Source: Lama guanicoe
Taxonomy: Eukaryota
Reading direction: 5' to 3'
Length of the DNA: 64,000 nt
NCBI GenBank assembly: GCA_013239625.1
Contig: MU053379.1
Span: 504,490-568,489 of the forward strand
The notes under the pieces were generated by a model. That model searched no databases and had not been told where the DNA came from. It saw nothing but the letters and a program-made list of their open reading frames with translations. The translations under genes were made by a program, and so were the position numbers. The number at the start of each line of letters is the position of its first letter. Position 1 is the stretch's first letter. This document shows positions 13,801 through 26,180 of this stretch, one piece after another.

Positions 13801-16049
13801 GCATCCCCACCCTAGATGAAGAAATCATGACTCAGAGACCTGGAGGGACTGACCTCGGAACACACACAAGTAAGAAGCAAGCCACCACACCAGAACTGAA
13901 CCTCGTTCTTTCTGGTTCTAAGTCTAGTGCTTGCTCACTGCACCACAGTGTGTTTGGGACATGGTCTTTAGCACTTAGGTAGAGCCATGACTTTGGACCA
14001 AATCACCCACACTCCTTACCCATCCCCTTTCCCCCACACACATTTGTGGGGCAGTAGCTGGGCTGGGGTACCATCAATTCCCTGCAATCATGGAAGCAAA
14101 GTGAAGGTAACTAACACACAGGACCAAGCCCTTGACACTGTAGCTCTGCCTAAGAGGCTTACTGGCAGGAGACAGTGTAACTAATGAGACTTGCCTTGCA
14201 TATGCAGATTCACCCATTCTTTCCAGAAGCACATTATTAAACCCTCAGCCCAGCACTGGATGAGGATTAGGCATCCTGAGTACATCCTACCATCCTCTGT
14301 CTGGTCCACTCACAGCAGCACCACGGAGGCTTTGCAGGGGATGAGGCTTTTGGGAGCTGGTATTCCTGTGCTCTGCTGCAGCCATTCACTCCCAGCTGAG
14401 TACCAGCAGCACCTTCTCTGTGGGCCCTGCTGGCATCTCTTCACCTCTATCCACCAGTGCCTTTCCAGGAAGGTGGAGAACTGGGTGGGCTGGTCATGTG
14501 TGAGGACACTTGGAAGGCCACAGCTGGCGTGGACAGGACAGAACCTTCACCTCACTCCTCCCCTTGTCCCCCTTGTCCTCCTGCTCCTCCCATTTGTCCT
14601 CCCAGAAACCTTACTGTGTTAGACTGAGGTCCTTCTGCCCACCTGCAATGGGAATCAGAGCTGTCCACGTGGCCAGGCAGGCTCTGAAGCAACACACAAT
14701 GTGTGTGGCCAAAGCTACCAATGTATTGAAGCAACTTAGCCTTGCTTTGCATTTTCTCCACACTCATTTCTCAGGAGAACATTATTGAAAGGACCATATC
14801 ATTGTGGGCAAGGACAGCATTTAGAGGTGCCTGGCATCCCTGGAAAATTGCCCTCTCAAGCGTACCCAAGTCTAACCATCCCTGCCTGAACATCTGGCAT
14901 AGTACCTACCGTCTTCTAATACCGAGCAAGAGGAAGATTGAGATCACCACAATACATACAGTACAGCTGGAATTTTCCCTTCCAAAGGCATTCCCGTCGG
15001 GGGCCTTTGCACTTCACTCTGCTAGAAACATCTTTCGATCCCTCCCTAATTACATTGACTTATCTCATAGTGTATCTTGTATACACAGCTTTAGATGATA
15101 GATAGCAATTTGTTAATATCTTGTCACTGAGACGCAGTGACTGGAACTGTGGCCAGAGGCATGCAGCCATATCCTCTCTCAATTGATCGTCATCATTCTT
15201 GCAAGATGGGCAAACCTCTCTAAATAAGGACGATCAATGCAGTGCATTCAGCCATAATTGTGGCTTAACTCCCTGTTCTTTGAAAAGTGAAGCCCTGTGA
15301 TTTGCCTATAATTGGACTTTCCAAAAAGTTGTACCTGCCTGCTCAAGGAGGAAATTAAGCAGCCAGACTCTCTGTCTGCTCCCTCCATCCCAGCAATAGG
15401 TGTTCCTGGGTCAAGCCTTCCCTCCCCAAACCTCTCATCTCTCCATCTTGACAGCCAAGGTAAATGGCTGGTAGAAAGCACATGAATTAGAATGTCTGAG
15501 TTTAGCAGTGGCCTCTTTCCTCCATAATCTCCCACATTCCATCCTGCCCCCTCCCCCCACCAGCCATTGATGGCCTCTCTGGGTTTCTTGTTTGATGAGC
15601 TGTGTTCAGCTCCTCAGTTCAAGCACTGAGATAACACACTGCCTTGGAAAGGTGAAGTCAAAGAGATGGGCCTTCTGCAGTCAGGAACACATGGGATGGA
15701 CTCCAGCTGGTTTCTCTTCCCATGTTGAATTTTATTTGTCTTCAAATAGCTGAGAGCAAGAAGAGTGAATTAAAGGCACTCCAGACTGGTTTGGAGAAAG
15801 GTAAACCTGGCTTAAGAGGGGATACAAAGAGAGAAGGCACCATCCCACTATTTTTCCATGAGGCCTAAAATATGACAACACTGGCAATAATTACAGTAGC
15901 AATTGCTGGCATTTAGTGAGTTTATCCTATGGGCCAGGTGTCTCTGCACTGTCTCATTTGACCCTCACCACAACCCAGATATGAGGTGGAAGCAAAGAAG
16001 CCACCTTGTGCAGCTGCATGCAGACTGCAGAACCAGATTGCTGGGGTGA

Positions 16050-16455
16050 TGTGGGACTGTCCTAGGTCTGCCGTAACCCAGTACCACCGAGTGGGGGGCT
16101 TACACAACAGACATTCATGTCTCACAGTTCTGAAGTTTAGAAGTCCAAGATCCAGCTATTGGCAGGGTTGGTTTCTTCTGAAAGCCGTGAGGGAATGACT
16201 TACTCCAGGCCTTTCTCTTTGCTTTGAAGATGGCTATCTTCACCTCACGCCCTCATGTCTTTCCTCTTGTGTCCAAATTTCCTCTTCTTATAAAAGACAC
16301 CAGTCATGCTAGATCAAGGCTCACCTTAATGACCTTTTTTAAATTTTATTACCTCTTTAAAGACACTATCTCCAAACACAAACACAGTCACTTTCTGGTG
16401 TACTGGGGATTAGAGAATTTTGTGAGTTTTTCAGGGGGACAGATGTGAATCATGG
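16050..16455 (-). mobile_element. MaLR solo LTR (MLT1A-like)
   Basis: gccgtaacccagtaccac ... tctcacagttctgaag...aagtccaagatc ... ataaaagacaccagtcat. Confidence 0.8.
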
Positions 16456-17732
16456 TTCCACCCTCAGCTACCTCTGTAACTTTTCAAGCCACTTACTTCT
16501 TCATGTCTTTACTCCTAACCTCCACTGAGGTTATTGTGAAAAATAACTGAGATGATGTACATAAAGAATGCACCGCCTGGCCCACAGTCAGCCCTCAAAA
16601 AGTGCGAATTTGTATTAGATCTCATCCCCATTTTACAGGTGGGCAAACTGAGCCTTAAATAGTTTGGGTAGCTTGCTTGAGCTCTCACAGCCATGAACAG
16701 TAGGTACATCAGGGCCTGTAACTCATGCCTGCCCATCCCAAAGACCAAATGAACGCTCATCCACCATGCCACACAGCCTCCTCTTCCTGATTTTATACTA
16801 AATAGAAGTCAAGCTGTAGCATCCTTTCCATGAGATGAAGCCTAATTCAATCCATTTCAGTTCTCCCCAGCGTCTCAAAGCTCCAAAGAACAGCCCCCCA
16901 GCATGCCTCTGGCATCTCGTGAGAGGAAGACAGATTCCCTCGCAGTTGGCCTCCTGACTCTGTAGGCACCAGAAAGGGCAGAGAGTAACACTGGGGAGGA
17001 TGATTGGGCCGGGGGCCAGAGGGCCGTATGACTCCAGCCTTAATCCTGCATCCCATGTGGACTCATCTTCAAGTCCACCCACGGATGTTCTGGCTACTGG
17101 ATGGGGGCATGATGTTTCTGGAACAGCTATTTTTGTTTCGTTTTAACCTATTAGGAGAAGAAAGTCCTTGGCCCATAATAAACGCTAGGTAATTTGCTCA
17201 CAAATTAAGAGGGTTTTAATTTTTTAAAAAGAGCCATGTTCTTTGGAAAAGTTTCTATTCTTGATTCTCCTCCCCCTGCCCACTCCCCAGTCTGCCATCC
17301 CCCAACCCTCTCCCACCAACTAGCCCTTGATGAGTAAGGAGAGATGAATCTTTAGTGAGTAAATAGAATGTGTTTTCCTATGGCTTTGGGTTTGTCCTCT
17401 TCCGGAGAGAGCCTCTTGAAGCTGCTTAATGAAGTTGCCCTTTGTCCCTCGCTCTCATCCATACTTCACCTTGATTTCAGTTCTCTGCCTGTGATGTGTC
17501 AGGATGGATGTGGCCAAGAGAGAAGAAGGAGGGTCTGGCTGCATTCAGATGTGGCCTGGGTGTGGGGATTATTAAAGCTCCCAGATAATTCGATGCATAT
17601 CCAGTGGAGGACAGGTGACTAGAGGACTGACCAGAGCAACTGGCATTTGTGGGAACTGATCTGCCATGTGCCAGGCCCTGTTCTGGGCATGTCACAGAAG
17701 TTGAAGTGAATCATTTCTCAAAACAACCCTCA

Positions 17733-17871
17733 AGTTTGGGATGAACAGATACATACCACTATATATAAAATAGATAAACAACAAGGACCTACTGTATAGC
17801 AGAGGGAACTATATTCAATTTCTCGTAATAACATATAATGGAAAAGAATTTGAAATACATATATTAAAAAA
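17733..17871 (+). mobile_element. Short 5'-truncated L1 3' end (artiodactyl-type) inserted in a MIR
   Basis: ctatatataaaatagataaacaacaaggacctactgtatagca..gggaactatattcaat, A-tail, and target-site duplication aaccctca (17725-17732 / 17872-17879). Confidence 0.85.
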
Positions 17872-18190
17872 AACCCTCAGAAGTAGTTATTGTTCCCATT
17901 TTAGAGATAAGGAGATTGAGGCTTAGAAAAGTCACTGTGATGCTCAAAGACACAGGGTCAGTAGGGGCAGGTGCGTCAGGAGTGTTGCAGAGCTCCTGAT
18001 CCTGACCCTGATCTCCTCCCATGAAACTTCATTGCTTCCACAGATGACTGTCTCTTTGGGCCTCCAGCCCTGGGGTGAGGCAAACTGAGAGAATTCCACT
18101 TTATTAACTTCTTGAAAGTTTTCTATCAGAAAGTCTAAAAAAGCAAAAAAACTATCATTTACCATCCATTCCAAAAATGCATGCTTTTTT

Positions 18191-19060
18191 GGTTTTTTGT
18201 TTTGTTTTGTTTTTTATTGAGTTATACTCAGTTTACAATATTGTGTCAATTTCTGGTGTACAGCACAATTTTTCACTCATACATGAATATACATATATTC
18301 ATTTTCATATTCTTTTCACCATGAGCTACTACAAGATCTTGAATATATTTCCCTGTGCTCTACAGTATAAACTTGTTTATCTATTCTATATATACCTGTC
18401 AGTATCTACAAATCATCAAACTCCCAGTCTGTCCCTTCCCACCCTCCTCCCCTTTGGCAACCACAAGTTTGTATTCTATGTCTATGAGTCTGTTTTTGTT
18501 TTGTATTTAAGTTCTTTTTTTTTAGATTCCACATATGAGTGATATCATATGGTATTTTTCTTTCTCTTTCTGGCTTACTTCACTCAGAATGACATTCTCC
18601 AGGGACATTCACGTTGCTGCAAATGGCATTATGTTGTCATTCTTATGGCTGAATAGTATTCCATTGCATAAATATACCCCATCTTCTGTATCCAATCATC
18701 TGTCGATGGACATTTAGGTTGTTTCCATGTCTTGGCTATTGTAAATAGTGCTGCTATGAACATTGGGGTGCAGGTGATTTTTTGAATTGGAGTTCCTTCT
18801 GGATATATGTCCAGGAGTGNNNNNNNNNNNNNNNNNNNNNNNNNNNNNNNNNNNNNNNNNNNNNNNNNNNNNNNNNNNNNNNNNNNNNNNNNNNNNNNNN
18901 NNNNNNNNNNNNNNNNNNNNNNNNNNNNNNNNNNNNNNNNNNNNNNNNNNNNNNNNNNNNNNNNNNNNNNNNTTTGAATGATGGCCATTCTGACTGGTGT
19001 GAGGTAACACCTCAATGTAGTTTTGATTTGCATTTCTCTGATAATTAGTTCTACTGAGCA
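18191..19060 (-). mobile_element. Young 5'-truncated L1 (ORF2 C-terminus plus 3' UTR), contains N gap 18820-18972
   Basis: Minus-strand translation LIIREMQIKTTLRCYLTPVRMAII...CTPMFIAALFTIAKTWKQPKCPS...MEYYSAI is the L1 ORF2 C-terminus. T-rich tail; TSD caaaaatgcatg (18172-18183 / 19061-19072). Confidence 0.95.
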
Positions 19061-19469
19061 CAAAAATGCATGTTTTTTGCACACATCTTCCAATTGATGG
19101 CAAGAGTGACAGGATTTCTGTTGCCTATGCTGGTTGCATCAGAACACATGGGCTAGGTGTGGGCAGCTTAAAGGAAAATCCTGGAGATGAGAGAGTTCTT
19201 TCAAGAAATGCTGATCACCAATGCACTTGATGGCACAAAGAATGGTATCATGTGGGAAAACACGGACACAGACAACTCTGAGTTAGATGCCACATATGAA
19301 GGAGTTTAGGAATGTCTTAACCAATTTATTTTACTAACATTTTCCTTTTGTTTGTTTGTTTGCAAGTGTGACAGATGGCAAAAAGAAATCTTTATCCAAA
19401 TGAAACTGCACGAGTGCTTTAAGTACAAAATCAAGCTTACAAATGAGAAGGAAGCTTTGTGACATACTT

Positions 19470-19925
19470 TAATTCTTAGTGGTTATAGTACAAACTGTGT
19501 GGCTTAACACGGCTCTCACGTTTCTGGCCAGAAGTCTACGAGCAAGGTGTTGGTGGGGCTGTGCTCCCTCTGAGGTCTCTAGCAGTGGCTCTTTCCTTGC
19601 CTTACCTGGCTTCTGATAGCCCCAGGGATGCCTTGGCTTGGCTTGTAGTAGCATAACTCCAACTTCTGCCTCCCCTCTCTTCAGGTGGCTTCACTCCATG
19701 TGTGTGTGTGTGTGTGTGTGTGTCTTCCTGGCGAGTTCTCCTACTGGATCTCTCTGTCCTCTTCTTTTGAGGACACCAGCCATATTGGATAACGGTCCAT
19801 TCCAGGATGCCCTCACCTAAACTCATCACACCTGCAACCACCCTGTTCCCAAATAGGGTCACATTCGGAGGTACTGGAGGTTAGGACTTCAACAGACCTT
19901 TTAGGGGAACACAAGTCAACGCATA
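19470..19925 (-). mobile_element. MaLR solo LTR (MLT1B/C-like) with internal (TG)n at 19699-19723
   Basis: aggacaccagccatattggat ... ttcccaaatagggtcacattcggaggtactggaggttaggacttcaaca. Confidence 0.8.
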
Positions 19926-22556
19926 AAGGTGATAAATAAAATAGTTTTTAGTAGTACAGAAAATAATGTGATGTAATCAGTGGCATCATAGATTCATAAA
20001 CCAGTATTCTCAGCAACATGTCAGCTTTGTGTTCTATGGATTTTTCCTCGTGCTCACTTCCAGCCATGTTCTGCACACCCTTTGGAGGCAGGATTCCTAG
20101 ATTGCCCCCCACTTTCTCCTGGCCTCTCCCTCGCCCAGAGCAATTGGTGCTAATTAGCAGCTATTTAATTATCAGCCCAGCAGGGAAGTGATTCCAGCCT
20201 TGATCCTTAGAGAGGTATATGCACAGTGAAGCTGTCCCAGATACTGGAAGGTTGACTGTGTTCCATGCTCTAGGGAAAGGCTATGTGTTTCAGTGGAAAG
20301 TTCATGGCATTTAGAATTGATCAACCTGGGTGACTTTGCCATGTTTTTTGTTGTTGACAATGGTCTCTGAAGCTTTGTTTTCTCAACCGTACCCACCCAC
20401 AGTTCTGTTGAGAAGATTAATGTAGTGAAAGGACCTTGTTAACATAACCTGTAAAATTGTATACAAATATGCAGCGATAGTGTCTGCTTCATCTTAGTAT
20501 CCTCTATAACCAGCACACTATAGATGCACAAAGACGTTTGTTGAGTGAAAAATTCTTAATTGAGGAGAGACACTAGAAGAGGGAAGGACGTGGGTGGAGC
20601 TGTTAAGGTAAAATTTGTGCTGTGCACATGTGTCAAATTAAGGTCTAAAACTTGAAACTGAATTGTAGAATATCCATCTGTTCATTTTTAATAAAATAAG
20701 ACCCCGTAACAAACACACCTGTTTTCTTATATTTTTTATTTGTATAAATGTTTACATCAATGGACCAACTTGGGGTTGCATTCTAAAACTAAACACGGAA
20801 GAAAACATTATATTTCTTTGAGAAGACGAGAAGCTATGGTTAAGTTGTATGCATGTCATTGGTACCACATCTAAGTGGTAATGAAAGGAATCGTCTGTGA
20901 AGAGTTACAGCCTAGAAGAGGAAGAAGAGAGAATAAAAGTGGCCTTTTAGTTATACTGTGAGGGAGGATTATAGATGCCAGAAGATTCTTACTCTGACAT
21001 CAAGGGCTTAATCGCATATAGAATTGCAACACTGAAATCTTCCCCAGAGGTCTTTAAAAGTAGTTTGTAACCTCATCTCTCTGCTCATAGGAACTTCATT
21101 TATAATAGAAAGCAATCCAGATGACCAGTGAGAGAGAGCTCACTGGGTAAATTATGGCATATTACTCTATGGAATATTTAGGTAGCCATTAAGAATTAAA
21201 ATAAGAGCTATGTAGCAACATATTAAAATTTCCATAGCTGGACACTTAAGGAAAAAAGAATGTACAATTTACCTATAATATGATAAACATATGTAAAAAT
21301 TAGATTTAAATGCAAATTAGGATTGGACAAGAACCCCAAAAAACTGAAAGCAATTGACAATAGTATATGGTATAATTATGGGGAGAAAAAACACTGTTCT
21401 TTGGATTTTTGTGTGTAACAAGTAACAATATATGTTTTAAAGCTGTTCAGCTCTCATGGAATTGTAACTGCGATCTTCAGGCGTGATTCAGAAAGCCCTC
21501 TGCAGTCATAGGATTCCTGGTTTTTAGTCCCACAAAACGCAAAACCTCAGCACCCCCAGTCACGCCTGGGGCTTCTGAGTTTGCATGGAGGGACGCCATC
21601 CAGGCAGCACAGCATTCCAGAGCATCACTGGTTTCCATTAAAACCTAATCTGTGGAATTAAAAATTAATTTTATGGAAACGAATTTAAACAGTCTTTTCA
21701 TTAGAATGCACTTGTTCTAATTGAGTTTGGAGCAGCATTGTCGTAGCCATGCCTCCACGTTAGTGGAAAAGACAGAGTCTGAGGTGACTCTTCTTGTCCT
21801 TGCACTGCCAGGAAACTGTGCAGAAGAGGTTTCCAACGAGTGCACTGTCACGGGGCCTGTTTGGGGCAGAGCCCAGCTGTTGCCAGGAGCCTCCTTGAAC
21901 TAATTCAGCTCCTAAGTTTCATTTCCATCCAAGGACTTGGGGTTGTGCCTGACTGTCCAAAATGTAGTGTCATCATTGCAAGGATAGCATCAGTTTATCT
22001 CTGAAGGTCCCTTACTTACCTCCTAGAGCTTTGCTGTGGACTTTCTGGCTTGCCAGGCAGGTTTTCTTTGTTTTTTGTTTGTTTGTTTGTTTGTTTTTTG
22101 GTGTGTGCGCGCGCGTATTTGGGTTTTTTGGCTGATTCCCAAATGTGATAGCACAAGACTCTCAATGTGGATGTGCATTCTGGGATGCACTCTAGGAAAA
22201 CAGTCTATGTCATTTCCACCCTCTTCCTGAGTCCACATCACTCTCCCTTCCTTAACAGAAGTGTTTCATTGTTTTATTTCACTTAATGCCCCCTACTATC
22301 TTGTCTCCCTTGAGAACACTTTTCTCCATTTATTTTCAAGAGACTTGCCTTGAGTTTCAAGGTCTCTTTGTTCAGTGAAAGCAGAAGTAAATGATCCTGG
22401 AACATAATCATAAACTAAGAATGTGCATAGATAAACTTGGCTTCCGCTGAGAAAAATACACCTTATATACAAATGGAATTTGAATTCATGGAAATGAATT
22501 CCAGAAGATGGGAGTTCAATTGATATTCAGGTAATATGCCAGCATTGTCTTTCCAG

Positions 22557-22670
22557 GTGAAGATGGCCTTGCAACAGGAAGGATTCTACCGGAAAAAGCG
22601 AGGATATAGGGACATCAATGAGATCGACATCAACATGAATGACCCTCTGTTTACGAAGCAATGGTATCTG
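22557..22670 (+). CDS. PCSK2: PCSK2 coding exon (human exon 3 equivalent), 114 bp, phase 0/0: VKMALQQEGFYRKKRGYRDINEIDINMNDPLFTKQWYL
   Basis: Translation matches PC2 residues ~95-132, including the RKKR|GY propeptide cleavage site (RKKR at 22590-22601). Flanked by tctttccag acceptor and gtaagc donor. Confidence 0.98.
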
Positions 22671-23554
22671 GTAAGCATCTTGGTATTATTCCTGATGTTT
22701 CTCATCTTGGGACTTCAGATAAAAGACAACATTTCTATTTTCTCATTATTCTGTGGGATGTTAGCCAGCCCCCAACTCAGGGAACCTCTCTGTCCCCTCC
22801 GATAGGTATTGATTTTCCATCACCCTCCATGCATCTTGTTCTCTAATCTGCTTATTTTCTGGAACTGCTAAACAGCCATGACCTCCCAGGGCCAAAGCAA
22901 CTACCAAGAGCTGGTCAGATTCTTCCAGACCAGTGTGTGAGTGAAGACTTGCAAAAATATGTAAGTCAAGTTAAAGTTCTGGGAGGAATAGCCTAGGGTT
23001 CTCAACAGGCAGAATAATGGGAAGACACGGTGAAACCACAGGCAAAAAAGAAAGAATCAGGTGACTTCACAATGGGCAAGCAAGAGAGCTCAGAGACTAA
23101 AGTAACGAAAGTAATATCCCTTGAGTGCTTCCTAATAATGGCAGGGAATCAATTCCATGGCATTTAACTGATGCAAGATTCAAGGCATGGAGACCCAGTC
23201 TATCTGGTGAAGTGAATATTTACTGACTCACCAATAGTCCTTCATGTTCCATTTGGGTGTTGGATTCTGTTTTAAAGACATTCAATGCCTCCAAACCAGC
23301 TCAAACTGCAGGGCATATGGAGGGAGAAGGAGTGACTAATTATAAATGGGAGTGAAGCTTTACTTTATTTAAGATTAAAAGGTGATGAGCAAGATAGAGA
23401 ATTAAATTACAGCCCCATGGGCTGCTGCATTGTAAGAATGCATCACGGCTGCCTTCTTGGGGCTTCAGAGCTTGACTACACTTTATGCTTTGGGGCATGG
23501 AATTCTCCAGATCCAATCTGGGTAACTGAATGAGCATACATACATGTGTGAGTC

Positions 23555-23875
23555 AGGATCAGCTAGGTTTCTTGCAATAACAAACACTCCCCAAATCACA
23601 GTGGATTAACAAAATCAAAGCTTGTTTCTCACTCATATCATACATCCCACACTACATAAGCCACCAGAGACCCAAGCTCCTTCTCAGCTCCATTCCAGGC
23701 CCTGCTTTCATGAGCACCTCCATGAGGGGAAAATGCAAATCACACATGTGAGCTCACGTTCCATTGGCCAAAACAAGTCACATGGTTCTAACTTTCAAGG
23801 AGGTGGAGAGGTGTGATCTTCACGTGTGCCTAGAAGAAGAGCAGTCATTTTTATAAAGAGCACTAATGACATTCA
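23555..23875 (-). mobile_element. MaLR (old MLT1) LTR fragment
   Basis: aataacaaacactccccaaatcacagtgg ... ttccattggccaaaacaagtcacatgg. Confidence 0.65.
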
Positions 23876-24596
23876 CACACGGTTCTAGCAGCACCATAAT
23901 AGACGACTCACCTCTATGGGCATCTATCCAATACAAGCTCCCACATCTTTTTTTTTTATGATTTATCTTTGAGAAAGTCTGCACAGGTCAAAAATGAGAA
24001 GGTTGTAAACATATTTGCATGGAATTTTTCTTTGTTTTCCTTTCTTTTTTGATTTTCTTGGGGGGAAGTTTTTTTTTTTTAATTTCTTGCATTAGAACAT
24101 GCACTAACGGTGAGCCAGCCATCTTTAAATCAGTTTAACAAATATTTTTAAGCAAGATTTGGTGTGGTGGTACTGAAATGAAAGGTAAATAGGACATGCT
24201 TCATCTTGCAAAGGATCTTGTTATTTAGTGAAGAAATTACATTCAAATAAAAATAAGCTAAGACAATATGCACTAAATTCTAAAAGTGAGGTATAAATAA
24301 AGAGCTACAAGAGTGAGTATTTAATTCTAAACTGGGGAGTTTAAAGCTAGTGATCTAGCATCATAAGAGATGGGGAGGTTGAAACTGTGCATATTTCTGT
24401 AAAACAGAAAACATCAATGTGTCTATCAAAAAATGGAGAGGCAGATGCCAAAAGCACTGTCTCATGGAAGATGTAGTCTTTGAGCTGGCCCTCGAATGCT
24501 GGGTGGCTGCAGAGTATGTCAAGCAAACATTTACACAGTTGCTTTACTGCATACACCAAACTAATAAGATTCTCTGCTTTGGAATTCCTGAATCAG

Positions 24597-24705
24597 ATCA
24601 ATACTGGGCAAGCTGATGGTACTCCTGGCCTTGACTTGAATGTGGCAGAAGCCTGGGAGCTGGGCTACACAGGGAAAGGTGTCACCATTGGAATTATGGA
24701 CGATG
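24597..24705 (+). CDS. PCSK2: PCSK2 coding exon (exon 4 equivalent), 109 bp: INTGQADGTPGLDLNVAEAWELGYTGKGVTIGIMDD(G)
   Basis: Subtilase motif GKGVTIGIMDDG with catalytic Asp167 codon at 24699-24701. aatcag acceptor and gtgagt donor; in frame with the previous exon. Confidence 0.98.
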
Positions 24706-25036
24706 GTGAGTATCTCAAGGCCCTTACATCATCTGGAACATTGAGTCCTTGTGTACCTTTGGAACATAAAAGATTCATTGTTTTGGAGATGCTAATCAGA
24801 GGCAGAATGGCCAGATGCTGGTGTGGCTACCATCTGTACTGTAGCAGCATCCTTACATTCCTCCAGATCAGTGGTCCTCAAGTTTTAGGATGCCCTTCAC
24901 AAATATTTACTGAATTGATTAGTTAAAAAAATTTTTAAATGAACAAATGAAAGTTGACCATCACTGAAATGTAATTTCTCGTTGGGCCACTGCTTATACA
25001 TAACCCTAAGACACCTTCTAAACTGGTTTATATTTA

Positions 25037-25262
25037 CCCTCTATTTCTCTAGATCCACACTGTCCAATGTAGTGGCCACTAGCCATACATGGCTATTGAC
25101 ATTTAAGCTTTAATTAGTGAAAGCTAATTACAATTAACTAGTCAATTTCTCAATCACATGGGCTTCATTTCAAGGTCTCACTAACCACACGGGGCTGGCA
25201 GCAATTTAATTCAACTCCATTTCTGACATCACAGAAAGTTCCATTAGACAGTGTGGCACTAG
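25037..25262. mobile_element. MER3-like hAT MITE
   Basis: ctgtccaatgtagtggccactagcca ... catcacagaaagttccattagacagtg; the termini are roughly inverted. Confidence 0.8.
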
Positions 25263-26180
25263 ATCCATGAAATAGCTTTTCAGTAACAGGATTGGGGTTG
25301 GGAGAATTTTGATTTTACTGCTTCTTTCAGAATGAGTAGTTGTAAAGCAGGACTGATAACATTTATCATACATGCCCCTATAATGTTATTCTATCCCACA
25401 TGCCTTCCCGACAAAGATTTAGCAGAGATTTATTTTTTAGTTTGTGATATGAAAACCAATGTGATCGAGGAACTGCTGTTTTTCTAACTACACGTGCCTT
25501 TGGCTCTGCCAAGATCCTGGAGAATCTGCCCTGCAGTCACCTCGCTGGGGATGTAGTCTCATCCGACGTTAGTGTCTGGGTCCTCTGCAAAGTCTCCACT
25601 GTGCAGTATTGGTCCAATTACATAGAAAGTCTATACAGAGATGAAACAATGAAGCCTTTCCCTCCTCAAGATCCTCAAAGAACACTATGTTCCCTAAAGC
25701 AAGCCTTTGAATCAGAATTGATGACAAAACAAGGAAAGGCAGCGTGCTTAGGCAGCGCGTGGGATGTTTTGAAGTGGATGTAAAAGCTGTCTCCAGTGGT
25801 CAAGGGCTTTCACAAGAAGGAAGGAGTCCTCACACATTAGGTTGTGTGTGTGCCAATGTCGGGAGCATTCCCGTTTCTTCCTTCCTGACACTTTGGCTTA
25901 AAAGCCACAGAGGTTGAGGCCAGCTCACCCGGGAGAAAGATGCATAGAGCTTTGGGGGAACTGTGCCTAAGATCTGTTCTAATCACTGTTTCATCGCACA
26001 GCATCTGGGGAATCAGAGAAGCAGGCTAAAATTGGCACGCCAAAGTGCCACAGATAGGCACGTTACTCCTATAAAACCTCCCACAGCCCCCTGGGATGCC
26101 CATTTCAGGATTCTTTAATCACAGCCCCCCTTGACTGACTCCTCATCATCCCTTCCAAAGAGAGCCAAGAAAGGGGAGTC

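Larger units (their letters stand above)
18155..20008 (+). mobile_element. Tc2/pogo-like DNA transposon relic (Kanga-like) interrupted by L1 and MaLR insertions
   Basis: 19200-19258 reads FKKC(C)ITNALDGTKNGIMWE with one 1-bp deletion, resembling a pogo/Tc2 transposase C-terminal motif. Degenerate terminus ggcatcatagattcataaa near 20000. Confidence 0.55.

Noticed and set aside
14314-14334. RE1-like CAGCACCACGGA
   Set aside because: The right half lacks the AG of GGA(C/G)AG and the 5' T is missing; too degenerate.
18629-19093. 154-aa minus-strand ORF as a gene
   Set aside because: It is the C-terminus of L1 ORF2 in a 5'-truncated insertion and spans an N gap.
24480-24926. 148-aa ORF (and 29877-30347, 156 aa) as full proteins
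   Set aside because: Only the internal parts bounded by canonical splice sites match PC2; the flanks are intron read-through.
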